NCBI RefSeq assembly: GCF_000172995.2
Contig: NC_014729.1
Coordinates: 720,001 to 752,000, forward strand
Direction of reading: 5' to 3'
Source of the DNA: Halogeometricum borinquense DSM 11551
Lineage (GTDB): Archaea > Halobacteriota > Halobacteria > Halobacteriales > Haloferacaceae
DNA length: 32,000 nt
The notes under the pieces were generated by a model. That model was not told the origin of the DNA, did no database searches, and was given only the letters and a program-made list of their open reading frames with translations. Of this stretch, positions 1 to 8,520 are shown one piece after another. Position numbers and translations under genes: made by a program. The first letter of the stretch is position 1. Each line of letters begins with the position of its first letter.

Positions 1-111
1 CGTTTCCGCACGACGATTTCTGCGACTCTCTTTTGGCACGTGGCCGTCGTTTCCAGCGGTGCCTCCGGCACGACGCGGAAATTATTTTTCTCGCGCAGTG
101 ACAGTTAGAGC

Positions 112-1047
112 GTGGCTTCCTCCATCCCCTTCACCGACCGCATCGCAGACGGATGGCGACGCTCCGCCGACGCCCTCTGGTTGGTATTCGTCCCCGTCGT
201 TACCGCCCTGTTCTCCGTAGACAAGATACTCCGTATTACCTTGATAAACCGGTTTCACGTCGGATTCAAGTTCCTCAACCTTCCTTCTCCGATAGAGTCC
301 GTCTGGCGTTTCGTCAACGTCCCCCAATCCGGTGTTCACATCGATTCAGGACCTGCGATTCCCATTCTCGCTGTCTTGGTTCTCGTGACGATGTTTCTCC
401 TCGGCGGCTACCTCGGCAGTATCCGCCGGTTGCTCGACGCCGACGAGGACCAGTTTGACTTCACTCACGACGCCTTCGCCTACCTCGGCCCGATGGCCGT
501 CTGGGCCGCTGTGCCGTCGTTAGTGACCGTTAGCGTCGCAATGCTTGCGGGCGGGTTCGGTACCGTTGAGGGGAATACGCTCCTCCCATTGGTGTTTGTC
601 ATCATCGCCGGCGCGCTCGTCTTCGGCTATCTGTTTTACGCCGCGCCGTTCCTCGTCGTGCTCCGCGAGACCGGCCTCGTCGACGCACTTCGCGGCAGTT
701 ACCACCTTGCCGTCTCCGGCGGTCCGTACGCCTCGTACGCGCTGGGATACGTCTTTTTCTCGTTCGTCGTCTCCGGAGCTCTGTCGCTTATCGTCGTCAA
801 TCTCGGTATTGTCGGTCTCCTCGTCGGCATCCCGCTTGGCGGCCGTCTCGGTCTCGCTACGACGACGGCGACGATGCGGTTCGTCGCCGACGTGGACGAT
901 CAGTCACCGACGCTCTGTGAGTGGGACGATGGCGGTGATGATCCGTTCCAACAGAACGCCGGCGAGCAGGCATCGAACGCCTATGGGAAAGCATCGAACG
1001 CTGACGACCGATTAGGGGACGAGTTCGACCGCGACGGAACGCGCTGA
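112..1047 (+). CDS. Multi-pass membrane protein of unknown function with an acidic C-terminal tail
   Basis: 311-aa track ORF. GTG at 112 is the first possible start after an in-frame TAG at 106-108. Several long hydrophobic helices (AIPILAVLVLVTMFLLGGYLG, LLPLVFVIIAGALVFGYLFYAAPFLVVL, VFFSFVVSGALSLIVVNLGIVGLLVGIPLGG). No family recognised. Confidence 0.55.
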   Translation: MASSIPFTDRIADGWRRSADALWLVFVPVVTALFSVDKILRITLINRFHVGFKFLNLPSPIESVWRFVNVPQSGVHIDSGPAIPILAVLVLVTMFLLGGYLGSIRRLLDADEDQFDFTHDAFAYLGPMAVWAAVPSLVTVSVAMLAGGFGTVEGNTLLPLVFVIIAGALVFGYLFYAAPFLVVLRETGLVDALRGSYHLAVSGGPYASYALGYVFFSFVVSGALSLIVVNLGIVGLLVGIPLGGRLGLATTTATMRFVADVDDQSPTLCEWDDGGDDPFQQNAGEQASNAYGKASNADDRLGDEFDRDGTR

Positions 1048-1091
1048 AGTCACATTCGCCGTCTCACGGGTCGATAGGGGATGAGCGACGC

Positions 1092-2192
1092 TCAGATCTC
1101 GCCCAGTTGCTCTTTTTTCCGCATCAAGTAGAGGAAGTACGGCCCGCCGACGAGTCCACTGATGATCCCGACCGGGAGTTGCACCGGACTTAGCGCGAGT
1201 CGAGCGCCAACATCCGCGCCGACCAAGAGTGCGGGCCCGACGAAAAGACAACCGATCAGCAGGCGCTTGGAGTTGCTTCCGACGATGTTTCGAACCATGT
1301 GCGGAACGATGAGTCCGACGAAGCCGATGAGTCCCGCGACCGCGATGGCGGCGGCCGTCGAGAGGATGGCGATGGCGGCGACGAAGAACCGAACTCGCTC
1401 GACGGGCATGCCGAGCGACTTCGCCGTTTCCTCGCCTAACAGCAGCACGTCCAACTGCCGCGTGACTAACAGCGCGAGGAGAACTGCAAGAACGGTGAAC
1501 GGAAGCGCGATACGAATCTGCTCCCAGTCGGTCCCGAGAAGCGACCCCGAAAGCCACATTTGGGCGGACATGGCGACGCCGAGGTTGTCGATGAAGAAAA
1601 ACAGCGCGCGCTGGAGTGACCCGAACACGGTCCCGACGATGACGCCCGCGAGGACGAGACGGACCGGATTCGTTCCGTCTTTCCACGCGATAATGTAGAC
1701 GAGCAAGAACGCGCCTGCGCCACCGAGTGCCGCGAGAATCGGCAGAAACGGGAGTAGACCGGTGAACGTCGTCAGAGCGAGCAGCACGACCAATCCCGCA
1801 CCGTCGCTCACGCCCAAGATGTACGGGCTGGCGAGTTCGTTCTGCGTGACGACCTGAAAGATTGCGCCGGAAACCGCGAGATTTGCCCCGACGAGGATAC
1901 CGACGAGAATTCGCGGGAGGCGGATGTTCCAGACGATGAGTTGCTGGCGCGACAGCCACGCCGGAATGTCGTCACCGAAAAGAAACGCCCGCCAGACGGC
2001 TTCGCTGAACAGTACTTGACCGTCGAATACGGTGTGCCACGCCTCACTGAGCGTTAGCGGGTACGCGCCGAAACTCACCTGGAGGAGCGTCGCAACCAAC
2101 AGGACGCCGAGGCTTCCGACGATGAGCGTCGCCAGTTTGGTATCTACCCACGTCTCCCGGACTCGTTCACTCCGCTCTGAAAGCCCCGCCAT
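1092..2192 (-). CDS. ABC importer permease, FecCD/BtuC family (iron-siderophore or cobalamin type)
   Basis: Typical FecCD-family blocks: RLPRILVGILVGANLAVSGAIFQVVTQNELASPYILGVSDGAG and GIISGLVGGPYFLYLM. Start trimmed to the ATG at 2192 (MAGLSERSE...) because the longer track ORF would overlap the upstream gene. Only 7 nt separate it from the stop of the binding-protein gene. Confidence 0.85.
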   Translation of the reverse strand: MAGLSERSERVRETWVDTKLATLIVGSLGVLLVATLLQVSFGAYPLTLSEAWHTVFDGQVLFSEAVWRAFLFGDDIPAWLSRQQLIVWNIRLPRILVGILVGANLAVSGAIFQVVTQNELASPYILGVSDGAGLVVLLALTTFTGLLPFLPILAALGGAGAFLLVYIIAWKDGTNPVRLVLAGVIVGTVFGSLQRALFFFIDNLGVAMSAQMWLSGSLLGTDWEQIRIALPFTVLAVLLALLVTRQLDVLLLGEETAKSLGMPVERVRFFVAAIAILSTAAAIAVAGLIGFVGLIVPHMVRNIVGSNSKRLLIGCLFVGPALLVGADVGARLALSPVQLPVGIISGLVGGPYFLYLMRKKEQLGEI

Positions 2193-2199
2193 CGCTCGC

Positions 2200-3393
2200 C
2201 TACAGGTCCCCGTTGATAATGTCCGCGACTCGCTGTCGGTCGAACAACTGTTCGTCTTCGGGAACCGAACCGAGTGCCCCCGGCCATTCACCGAACGCTT
2301 CGGGGAACACCTGCTTTGCGAGCGCCTCCGTCGAGTAGAGGTCCACGATAGGACCCATGAACTGCCCGCCGGTTCGGACGAGGTTCCCTTCTTTGACGGC
2401 CGTCAACTCCTGTCCGTTCGAGTTGTTCTCGAACGGTTCGACGACGGTCGAGACGAACTCGTCGTGCGTGAGCGACGTGAGACCGCCGACCGCGCCGATG
2501 TAGTCCGGGTCGATGTCGAGGAGTTTTTCGTATCCGATGGGCCCATCCGGTATCTGTCCCTCGAAGGCATCTTTGAGACCGAGGACGCGATACGTTCGAG
2601 TGTTGTTCTGTTTCGCGTGAATAGGCGAGATACGGAACGTCCCCGAATCGGGGTTGACCCCGCGCCAGATGGCGGCGACGGTTGGACGTTCGCTTTTCGG
2701 TGGGAGTTTCGATTCGATATTCGAGATGAACTCGTCGTACAGCGACTGCCACGCTCGGAATCGCGCTTGCCGCTGGAATATCTGTCCGGCTTTCTCGAAC
2801 GCACCGTACAGGTCGTAGTACGGTTCGTGTTCGTTGATCGAGGACGACGCAAATCGGATGGTTGATCCCAGGAACGGTCCGGTCGCGTTCGAGATCTCCT
2901 CGATATCCGCGTCGGACCAGTTAGCGTAGAACTTCAGCGACCGCGGATCGATGAGATGTACGTCAACGTCCGCAGCGTAGAAGTTCTCCTTGTCGAATCC
3001 TTCTTCGGCGCTACTCGCCAGTTTCGTCACCGAGTCCGGATCGAACGAAACGTCTGGGAGATGCTCGTAGTACTTCAGCGGCGCGCGGTCGAGACTCGCT
3101 GTCGCGGACGGCTGTTTCCCGAGGGCCATCCCGATGTCCATCCACACGCTGGGGATGACCGCGTACGTCTTCGGAACGCTCTCGAACGTGTGCGGCGGGT
3201 TCGGTTCGACGGTGACGGTGTAAGAGTCGTCCTCCGTAGTCGCCTTCGACTCTGTCTCGGACTGTGCGGTGTTTCCAGTCTGGGTCGATTCGTCGTCTGC
3301 TGGACTCGTTTCGGTGGTGCTGCTGGAACAACCAGCAACGCCCACCGCAAGGAGACTCGCGCCACTAGCCAGTACTCGTCGTCTGCTCGGCAT
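2200..3393 (-). CDS. ABC transporter substrate-binding lipoprotein (periplasmic binding protein, iron/cobalamin class), Tat-exported
   Basis: N-terminus MPSRRRVLASGASLLAVGVAGCSS gives a twin-arginine motif plus lipobox Cys, followed by an acidic Thr/Ser/Glu linker. Lies directly upstream of the FecCD permease on the same strand. The family call comes from context and overall look, not a strict motif. Confidence 0.75.
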   Translation of the reverse strand: MPSRRRVLASGASLLAVGVAGCSSSTTETSPADDESTQTGNTAQSETESKATTEDDSYTVTVEPNPPHTFESVPKTYAVIPSVWMDIGMALGKQPSATASLDRAPLKYYEHLPDVSFDPDSVTKLASSAEEGFDKENFYAADVDVHLIDPRSLKFYANWSDADIEEISNATGPFLGSTIRFASSSINEHEPYYDLYGAFEKAGQIFQRQARFRAWQSLYDEFISNIESKLPPKSERPTVAAIWRGVNPDSGTFRISPIHAKQNNTRTYRVLGLKDAFEGQIPDGPIGYEKLLDIDPDYIGAVGGLTSLTHDEFVSTVVEPFENNSNGQELTAVKEGNLVRTGGQFMGPIVDLYSTEALAKQVFPEAFGEWPGALGSVPEDEQLFDRQRVADIINGDL

Positions 3394-3449
3394 GGTTTTA
3401 GGTTGCCCTAATATCGGATAGTGATTCCTTCCGTTCGATGTAACACGGC

Positions 3450-3566
3450 GTGATACGGATCACACAGTCCGATACAGCTAACGCGTCACGATACACCGGG
3501 ATGGTGAACAGACGAATCGGTTTTACACGGTGAAACAGTCGGACTGACGATCAGTTGTCGTGATAC
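3450..3566. promoter_or_regulatory. Cluster of GTGATAC / CGATAC words in the promoter region of the ABC binding-protein gene (candidate operator array)
   Basis: GTGATAC at 3450-3456 (part of inverted repeat GTGAT-acgg-ATCAC, 3450-3463) and at 3560-3566. CGATAC at 3470-3475 and 3489-3494. Near-repeat GGTGAACAG 3503-3511 and GGTGAAACAG 3529-3538. Confidence 0.3.
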
Positions 3567-3578
3567 GCAAAGCCGAAA

Positions 3579-4439
3579 TCAGGCATCGTCTGCGGTCACC
3601 CGCTTTCTGAGCGGCGTCGCATGCGTCCGCTTCCGTTCGAACAGTTCCCGTGCCCAGGTAACGACCGCTGGATGTCCACATCTGATGACGTCGAACGTCC
3701 TGCCGTGTTCGTCTCCGACGGACAGATACACCTCATCGTCGATGAGATCCACGTTACAGGGGAACCGCTCTTCGACGCTGTAGTAGATGGCCTCCCCGTG
3801 TTCGCTTTCGATGTTCTGCCACCGAGTCCGTATGTCGGGGTTATCAAGGGCGACAGCGGCCGCTTCCGAGTCGTACACGACTTTCGCGTCCGGATCTGTT
3901 CCCTGTCGCGTTGCCTCTGCGTGAGCGTGCATCGGGAGACTGGTGAACGACCCGACGAGCGCGCGCACGGACGATGCTCGTCGCACGGCGTTTGCGACCG
4001 CTCTCGGGGCGGCCATCGGGTCCGCGTTCTCGCTGACGACGCGTTCGCCCTCGGCAAGCACGCCGATATTGAAGTCGAACCACTCCGTCGGCAGTCGTTC
4101 GACGAGATCGGGATGGCTCTGCCCGACGGACATCGTTCCCAATAGTTGGCTGAAATCCTCGTACACCAGTTTGCCGTATGCAGTGAGGCAGTACTCGCTC
4201 GTTTCGTGGTTCCGCCGGACCCACCCTCGCTCTTCTAAATCTCGGAGGATTCGACTGAGCGTCACTCTCGTCACGCTCGTCCCCACCTTCAGTTCGTCGC
4301 GCGTACGCGAACCGTCGGAGAGGAGTTCGAGAACCCGCACTCGGTGTTCTGACCGAGCGAGGAACGCGACCGCTTCGACCGCATCGTCGGACGAACGCAC
4401 AGTTACTCGCTCGCCGCTCGAATCTGTCGAACTCATCAT
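3579..4439 (-). CDS. Winged-helix (ArsR/MarR-like) transcriptional regulator with a large C-terminal domain
   Basis: The N-terminal segment AFLARSEHRVRVLELLSDGSRTRDELKVGTSVTRVTLSRILRDLEERGWVRR looks like a classic wHTH. A roughly 190-aa C-terminal domain resembles the archaeal HTH-plus-sensor regulators (FilR1/DUF1724-like), recalled from memory and not verified. Confidence 0.7.
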   Translation of the reverse strand: MMSSTDSSGERVTVRSSDDAVEAVAFLARSEHRVRVLELLSDGSRTRDELKVGTSVTRVTLSRILRDLEERGWVRRNHETSEYCLTAYGKLVYEDFSQLLGTMSVGQSHPDLVERLPTEWFDFNIGVLAEGERVVSENADPMAAPRAVANAVRRASSVRALVGSFTSLPMHAHAEATRQGTDPDAKVVYDSEAAAVALDNPDIRTRWQNIESEHGEAIYYSVEERFPCNVDLIDDEVYLSVGDEHGRTFDVIRCGHPAVVTWARELFERKRTHATPLRKRVTADDA

Positions 4440-4462
4440 ATGTGTCTGAACAGTCGGGTTTA

Positions 4463-4478
4463 TTTAGGCCAGCCTAAA
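4463..4478. promoter_or_regulatory. Perfect palindrome TTTAGGC-ca-GCCTAAA over the presumed TATA region of the regulator gene
   Basis: 7-bp arms at 4463-4469 and 4472-4478, 24-39 nt upstream of the minus-strand ATG at 4439. AT-rich core in an otherwise GC-rich spacer. Confidence 0.35.
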
Positions 4479-4524
4479 AGAGTTCTCAACTCCGGCGTTT
4501 GGTGGCCGACTCGTCGCCCCGAAG

Positions 4525-5562
4525 TCAGACGATGAACGACGAGAGTCCGAGGCTCTCCGCAGTCAGCCACGCGAGAAACGCGAGGTAGGTCCCAACGAGT
4601 AGATACGCCTCCCGACGGGTGAGACGCATCTCCGTGCGGAGGACGGCGAAAAACGCCACTGACGCGACGACGAGAAAACCCATCATCGGTACAACGGCAC
4701 CGAGCGAGATAGTCGCTCGCCCGGCCGCGAGAACCCCGACCGGCAGCACGACTAACAGGGCGAAAATGTTGCTCCCGAGGACGTTTGCGAGGCTCACGTC
4801 GGCGTTCCCCCGGCGAGCGGCCACGACGCTGACGAACGTGTCGGGGAGGCTCGTCCCGGCGGCGACGACGGTGAGGCCCCAAAGAAATGTCGAGGTACCG
4901 AACGCGTCGCCAAACCCTACCGCGGCGCGGACGAGCAGTTCCGCGGAGACGACGATGACGGCCAAGGAGACGACTAAACGAGCCCATTCGCGTTCGACGT
5001 TCACCGCGTCCGGATCCACGCCGAACGGGGAAGCCAGCCGATGTTCGAGCGTATCGTGGTACTGGATGAAGATGTAGAGTCCGTACAGCAGGAGTGGAAA
5101 CATGGCGATACCGGGCGTAATCTCCCCTGTAAGGGGGTCTCCGACAGCCGTGCCGTCGTAGACGACGGCGAGGGTGAACGTCAGAAAGACGACGGCGATA
5201 GAGAGCAAGTAGAACTGTGCCTCTTTGAACACGAGGTCGCGGTTCGACGCCAGCGACCCGCCACCCGCGAGTGTGGAGATCGCCGGAATGATGAGAATGT
5301 TAAATACAGCCGATCCGACGACGGCCCCGACACCGATTTCGAACGCACCGTAGCGTACCGAGGCGATGACTGTACTCGCCAGTTCGGGGAAACTCGATCC
5401 GACAGCGGCGACGACGGCACCCTGCACGACCGGCGGCAGTCCGTAGTACGCGCCGAGGCTGTCCGCCGCTTCGACGAGTAACTCACCGCCGCGGAACGCG
5501 AGCGCCGCTCCGACGACCGCGGCACCGAGTAAGAGCGTCAGCGTGAATGCAGTGGCAGCCAT
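4525..5562 (-). CDS. Na+/Ca2+ exchanger family (CaCA, YrbG-like) membrane protein
   Basis: Two alpha-repeat signatures: GSSFPELASTVIA in the N-half and GTSLPDTFVSVVAARRGNADVSLANVLGSNIF in the C-half. About 10 hydrophobic helices. Confidence 0.85.
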   Translation of the reverse strand: MAATAFTLTLLLGAAVVGAALAFRGGELLVEAADSLGAYYGLPPVVQGAVVAAVGSSFPELASTVIASVRYGAFEIGVGAVVGSAVFNILIIPAISTLAGGGSLASNRDLVFKEAQFYLLSIAVVFLTFTLAVVYDGTAVGDPLTGEITPGIAMFPLLLYGLYIFIQYHDTLEHRLASPFGVDPDAVNVEREWARLVVSLAVIVVSAELLVRAAVGFGDAFGTSTFLWGLTVVAAGTSLPDTFVSVVAARRGNADVSLANVLGSNIFALLVVLPVGVLAAGRATISLGAVVPMMGFLVVASVAFFAVLRTEMRLTRREAYLLVGTYLAFLAWLTAESLGLSSFIV

Positions 5563-5568
5563 CTGCGC

Positions 5569-6777
5569 TTAGAACCCTTCCCGAAGGTAGGTTCGCTCGT
5601 CCGGGAACAGGTCTGCAAGCGTCTCCCGGACGGTCGCGTCCGAGACGGTGAGGTCACCGGTCCGTTCGAGTTCGGCCGCCTCGCGCGCGCCGACAGCCAA
5701 CTGTGAGAGTGCGCCCACGTCGAGTTCGGCGTCCGGCGTGGTCTCGACGCGGTTCACACGCGCTCCCGCGGCGTCCACGCGGAGCTCGAACGTATCGTCG
5801 TTCCACGCACACCGCTCATCGGAGACCGCGAGGACGACCGATTCCTGCACGTCGTACGAGAGCGCGGTCAGCGCCGCTTCAACGTCCACGATTCGAGCCA
5901 TCGGCCCCGTCTTTATTTCCAGCGTCGCCGCGCGCGGGTCGGGTAACCCCTCAATCGGGCGCGACCACTCGGAAAGCGTGGTGAACGTCACCGTCTCTAC
6001 TTGCGAGTCGTGGTCGCGGCAGAAGCGAAGCAGGTGCGCGCGTGCCTCGTGATCCGTGAACGCGCGCTCCCACACGCGCATGTCCCTGCCGTCGTCGCCT
6101 TCGGAAATCGTATAAATGAGGTATCCGCGGAGCGTCTCCTCGTCGTCGAACCAACCGTAGACGTAAGGGTCGGTCTCCCACCCGCGGAATGTGCGTTCGC
6201 GCCACCACCCATCAGTCCGCCGGACGGCGAGCGCTTCGGTCGCCCACGTCTCGTGAACCTTGCGGATGGCCGCTAAGTCCTTGTCCGGGTCCAGCGTCCG
6301 GAACGTCCCAGCGGGTTGCGGCGCACTGTCCGCGAGTTGCTCGGGCGGTATCGACGCCTCCGCGTAGTTAGTGCAGGTGGCCCATCCCAACCGGCGGTAG
6401 AACTCGTATTCGAACGGCCAGAGTACCGAGAACGCCGTTCCCTCCTCGCGGTAGTGTTCGAGAAGGGCGTCCAACATCGCGCTGACGGCTCCCTGTCGGC
6501 GACCTTCTGGCGGCGAGGCGACGGCCGACACGCCGCCCGCGGCGTGCCAGTCACCGCGGATGCGGACGGTGAAATCGTAACTGCCGCAGACGGTTCGGAG
6601 GTCGTCGGGATCTGGTTCCTCATCGGGCGGCGCGTCGTAGTAACCAAATCTGGTGAACAGGTCGGGAAGCGGTCGGTCCTGCTCCTGCCAATCTGGCCCT
6701 TCTGTCGGTCGGAAGGCGTAGTCTACCATCGCGCGGAAGGCGTCGCGGTGGTCCGCAGGAAGTTGTCGGAGGAACAT
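5569..6777 (-). CDS. GNAT N-acetyltransferase, Eis-like three-domain architecture
   Basis: Acetyl-CoA pocket block GGVSAVASPPEGRRQGAVSAMLDALLEHYREEGTAFSVLWPFEYEFYRRLGW, about 400 aa total as in Eis-type enzymes. Start trimmed to the ATG at 6777 (MFLRQLPADHRDAF). Its stop is 6 nt from the CaCA start. Confidence 0.8.
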   Translation of the reverse strand: MFLRQLPADHRDAFRAMVDYAFRPTEGPDWQEQDRPLPDLFTRFGYYDAPPDEEPDPDDLRTVCGSYDFTVRIRGDWHAAGGVSAVASPPEGRRQGAVSAMLDALLEHYREEGTAFSVLWPFEYEFYRRLGWATCTNYAEASIPPEQLADSAPQPAGTFRTLDPDKDLAAIRKVHETWATEALAVRRTDGWWRERTFRGWETDPYVYGWFDDEETLRGYLIYTISEGDDGRDMRVWERAFTDHEARAHLLRFCRDHDSQVETVTFTTLSEWSRPIEGLPDPRAATLEIKTGPMARIVDVEAALTALSYDVQESVVLAVSDERCAWNDDTFELRVDAAGARVNRVETTPDAELDVGALSQLAVGAREAAELERTGDLTVSDATVRETLADLFPDERTYLREGF

Positions 6778-6876
6778 ACTGCATCCCTCACCGTCCGGCG
6801 TATAAGTGATTGTGTAACTATGCGACAGTACGGCACGAACCGAGCCATTCAGGGTCGTGTGGTTCCGAGTGCGGGT

Positions 6877-7131
6877 ATGAGCCATGACGAGACGGCCGAC
6901 GAGAACGACGGGGAGACGAGTCTGTTCGCGCTTTCTCGTGACAAATTACTGTTGGTGCTCATCATCTTCGTCGGTGTCGCCGGGACTGGCCTTGCACGGC
7001 GGTTTCTCGGTGAATTCGGCTACAACAACGTCGGACGGATCGTGTTCATTCTCGGCTACGGCGGGATGATATTCATCGTCTGGTACGGTTGGATTCGGCC
7101 GATGGATATCACTGGACCGCAGAGCCGGTGA
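6877..7131 (+). CDS. Small membrane protein (2 TM), unknown function
   Basis: ATG at 6877 (MSHDETADENDGE...) followed by two hydrophobic helices (LLLVLIIFVGVAGTGLA, IVFILGYGGMIFIVWYGWI). The longer track ORF upstream of this ATG is antisense to the GNAT gene. Confidence 0.5.
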   Translation: MSHDETADENDGETSLFALSRDKLLLVLIIFVGVAGTGLARRFLGEFGYNNVGRIVFILGYGGMIFIVWYGWIRPMDITGPQSR

Positions 7132-7206
7132 CGATGGACACCCCGTCTAATCTCCCGAGAAGAACGGAACTTTAATACTCGATTCGTGCCGATTCTCGCG
7201 GTAAGG

Positions 7207-7458
7207 ATGCTCCCCCTACAAGTCATCGACAGCTTTCTGCTCAACTACAACATTGGGCAGGCGCTGTTGCTCGCCTTTGTCTTGGCGACAGTCGGCGCGT
7301 TGCCGCTGAAATCCACGAAAATAATCGCTGCCAACACGGTCCTGTTCGGCGTCATCTTCATCTTGACGCCGCAGGCGCTGGTCCCCACGCACTACCTCTT
7401 CCTCGGCATCGCGCTCCTCGTCGTCGGTCCGCTGCTCTGGACGACGTCGAAGAACTAA
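7207..7458 (+). CDS. Small membrane protein (3 TM), unknown function
   Basis: The ATG at 7207 (MLPLQVIDSFLL...) is preferred over the GTG at 7186 because TTTAATA at 7171-7177 sits about 30 nt upstream, matching a leaderless promoter. Hydrophobic helices throughout. Confidence 0.5.
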   Translation: MLPLQVIDSFLLNYNIGQALLLAFVLATVGALPLKSTKIIAANTVLFGVIFILTPQALVPTHYLFLGIALLVVGPLLWTTSKN

Positions 7459-7591
7459 CCTTCCAGACGCCCCGTCCGACCCGCAATCCCCGCATCCTTG
7501 CAGGTGCGTCCCTGCGACAGCGGCTCGCAGACGCAGTCTTTCTCCTTCGAAGAACGCGACGTTTAACCCACCGCGACAACAACGGGCGTGC

Positions 7592-8125
7592 ATGGCACAA
7601 CCGCGCGTCCCGGGCGGCCGTGGTGAGGAACTCGATCTCCCGTGCGGGGAGACGAAACGAGTTCGGAGCCTCGACCTCGGTCTCCGCGAGTTCGACTGTT
7701 CGTGCGGCGACACGCACGCTGTGGTGATGGACGTGCATCCGCCGGACCGGTTCCTTCCCGAGTTTCTCGTCGAAGTCCTCCGCGAGGCCATCGAGACGAC
7801 AAGCGAGGACATGCCCGAGTTCGGCACCCCGCATCTGATGGGAATCGTCCTCGAAGAGTTCCCCCGACAGGTCGTCTCCGCGGACGTGAGCGACGACGGC
7901 GAAGTTGGGACAGGTATTATCTGGGTGACTGACTTCGACTCGCGTCGTCTCCACGAGATAATCGTCGAACTGGTCGTCGAACTGATGGAACACGCGGTCT
8001 CGCACGCAGAAGACGACTCCGCCGTCTCGGAGTTCGAGACGAAGATGCTCGATTTCGACGTGAGCGAGTTCGTCGAACAGTATCGGCAGCAGCGTGATCT
8101 CTCCGAAGACGACGTGTACGCATAG
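7592..8125 (+). CDS. Conserved-looking acidic cytoplasmic protein with a C-x19-CxC cysteine cluster, unknown function
   Basis: 177-aa ORF with typical haloarchaeal acidic composition. Cys cluster is LPCGETKRVRSLDLGLREFDCSCGDTH. TTTAA at 7562-7566 lies about 28 nt upstream of the ATG. I believe this matches a haloarchaea-specific DUF family but cannot verify it. Confidence 0.65.
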   Translation: MAQPRVPGGRGEELDLPCGETKRVRSLDLGLREFDCSCGDTHAVVMDVHPPDRFLPEFLVEVLREAIETTSEDMPEFGTPHLMGIVLEEFPRQVVSADVSDDGEVGTGIIWVTDFDSRRLHEIIVELVVELMEHAVSHAEDDSAVSEFETKMLDFDVSEFVEQYRQQRDLSEDDVYA

Positions 8126-8134
8126 TTCGTTTTT
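8126..8134 (+). terminator. Oligo-T tract immediately after the stop of the 7592-8125 gene
   Basis: TAG at 8123-8125 is followed by ttcgTTTTT (T5 at 8130-8134). Archaeal termination commonly uses oligo-T. Confidence 0.35.
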
Positions 8135-8224
8135 ACTGTATCTCTCCTTGACAAAACGTCCCGCGAGACTGTCTGACAGCTGTCTCACTGACAGTTAAGC
8201 CGGAGAGTTCCCTGTCTCTAGTCG

Positions 8225-8506
8225 ATGCACCCCCAAATCCCCGAGTTCGAACCGCTCAGGGGTGTGCTCGAAGCTGCAGACGAACCACTGACCGCGCGCG
8301 AAGTACTCCGCCGCCTCAAACAACCCGGAGACAGTCGGCAGTCGCGTGATGGCTGCCGAACCCACCGGCATTCGGAGCCTCGCGGAGACGACGACACCTT
8401 CGAGACGGCCCACCGCGTCGCTACAGTTCTCGGCCGGGCTGCCGACGCTGACGGTCCGGTCGAAGTCACGAGAGGAAGTCCCTACACCTATCGACTCCGC
8501 GACTAA
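8225..8506 (+). CDS. Hypothetical small protein (93 aa)
   Basis: Track ORF MHPQIPEFEPLRGVLEAADEPLTAREVLRRL...SPYTYRLRD. Third-position GC is about 66% by my count, lower than neighbouring genes. The middle segment (GDSRQSRDGCRTHRHSEPRG) looks odd, so the coding status is uncertain. Confidence 0.4.
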   Translation: MHPQIPEFEPLRGVLEAADEPLTAREVLRRLKQPGDSRQSRDGCRTHRHSEPRGDDDTFETAHRVATVLGRAADADGPVEVTRGSPYTYRLRD

Positions 8507-8520
8507 CCACGGCTGACGCT

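Noticed and set aside
82-339. 85-aa acidic minus-strand ORF overlapping the start of the 112-1047 membrane gene
   Set aside because: The composition is tempting (acidic). However, it lies fully inside the N-terminal part of a 311-aa ORF with consistent transmembrane architecture. I recognise no motif and see no promoter-like AT box upstream. It is kept as unresolved but unlikely.
1012-1959. 315-aa Arg-rich minus-strand ORF in a different frame from the FecCD permease, and similar ORFs at 7216-8188 antisense to the 7592-8125 gene
   Set aside because: Extremely Arg/Ser/His-rich translations with no hydrophobic or acidic character. The alternative frames have recognisable protein features.
3394-3578. 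Cobalamin or other riboswitch upstream of the BtuF/FecB-like binding-protein gene
   Set aside because: I could not find a B12-box-like element or a convincing multi-stem structure on the minus strand. A TATA-like box only about 20 nt from the ATG suggests a leaderless mRNA with no room for a riboswitch.
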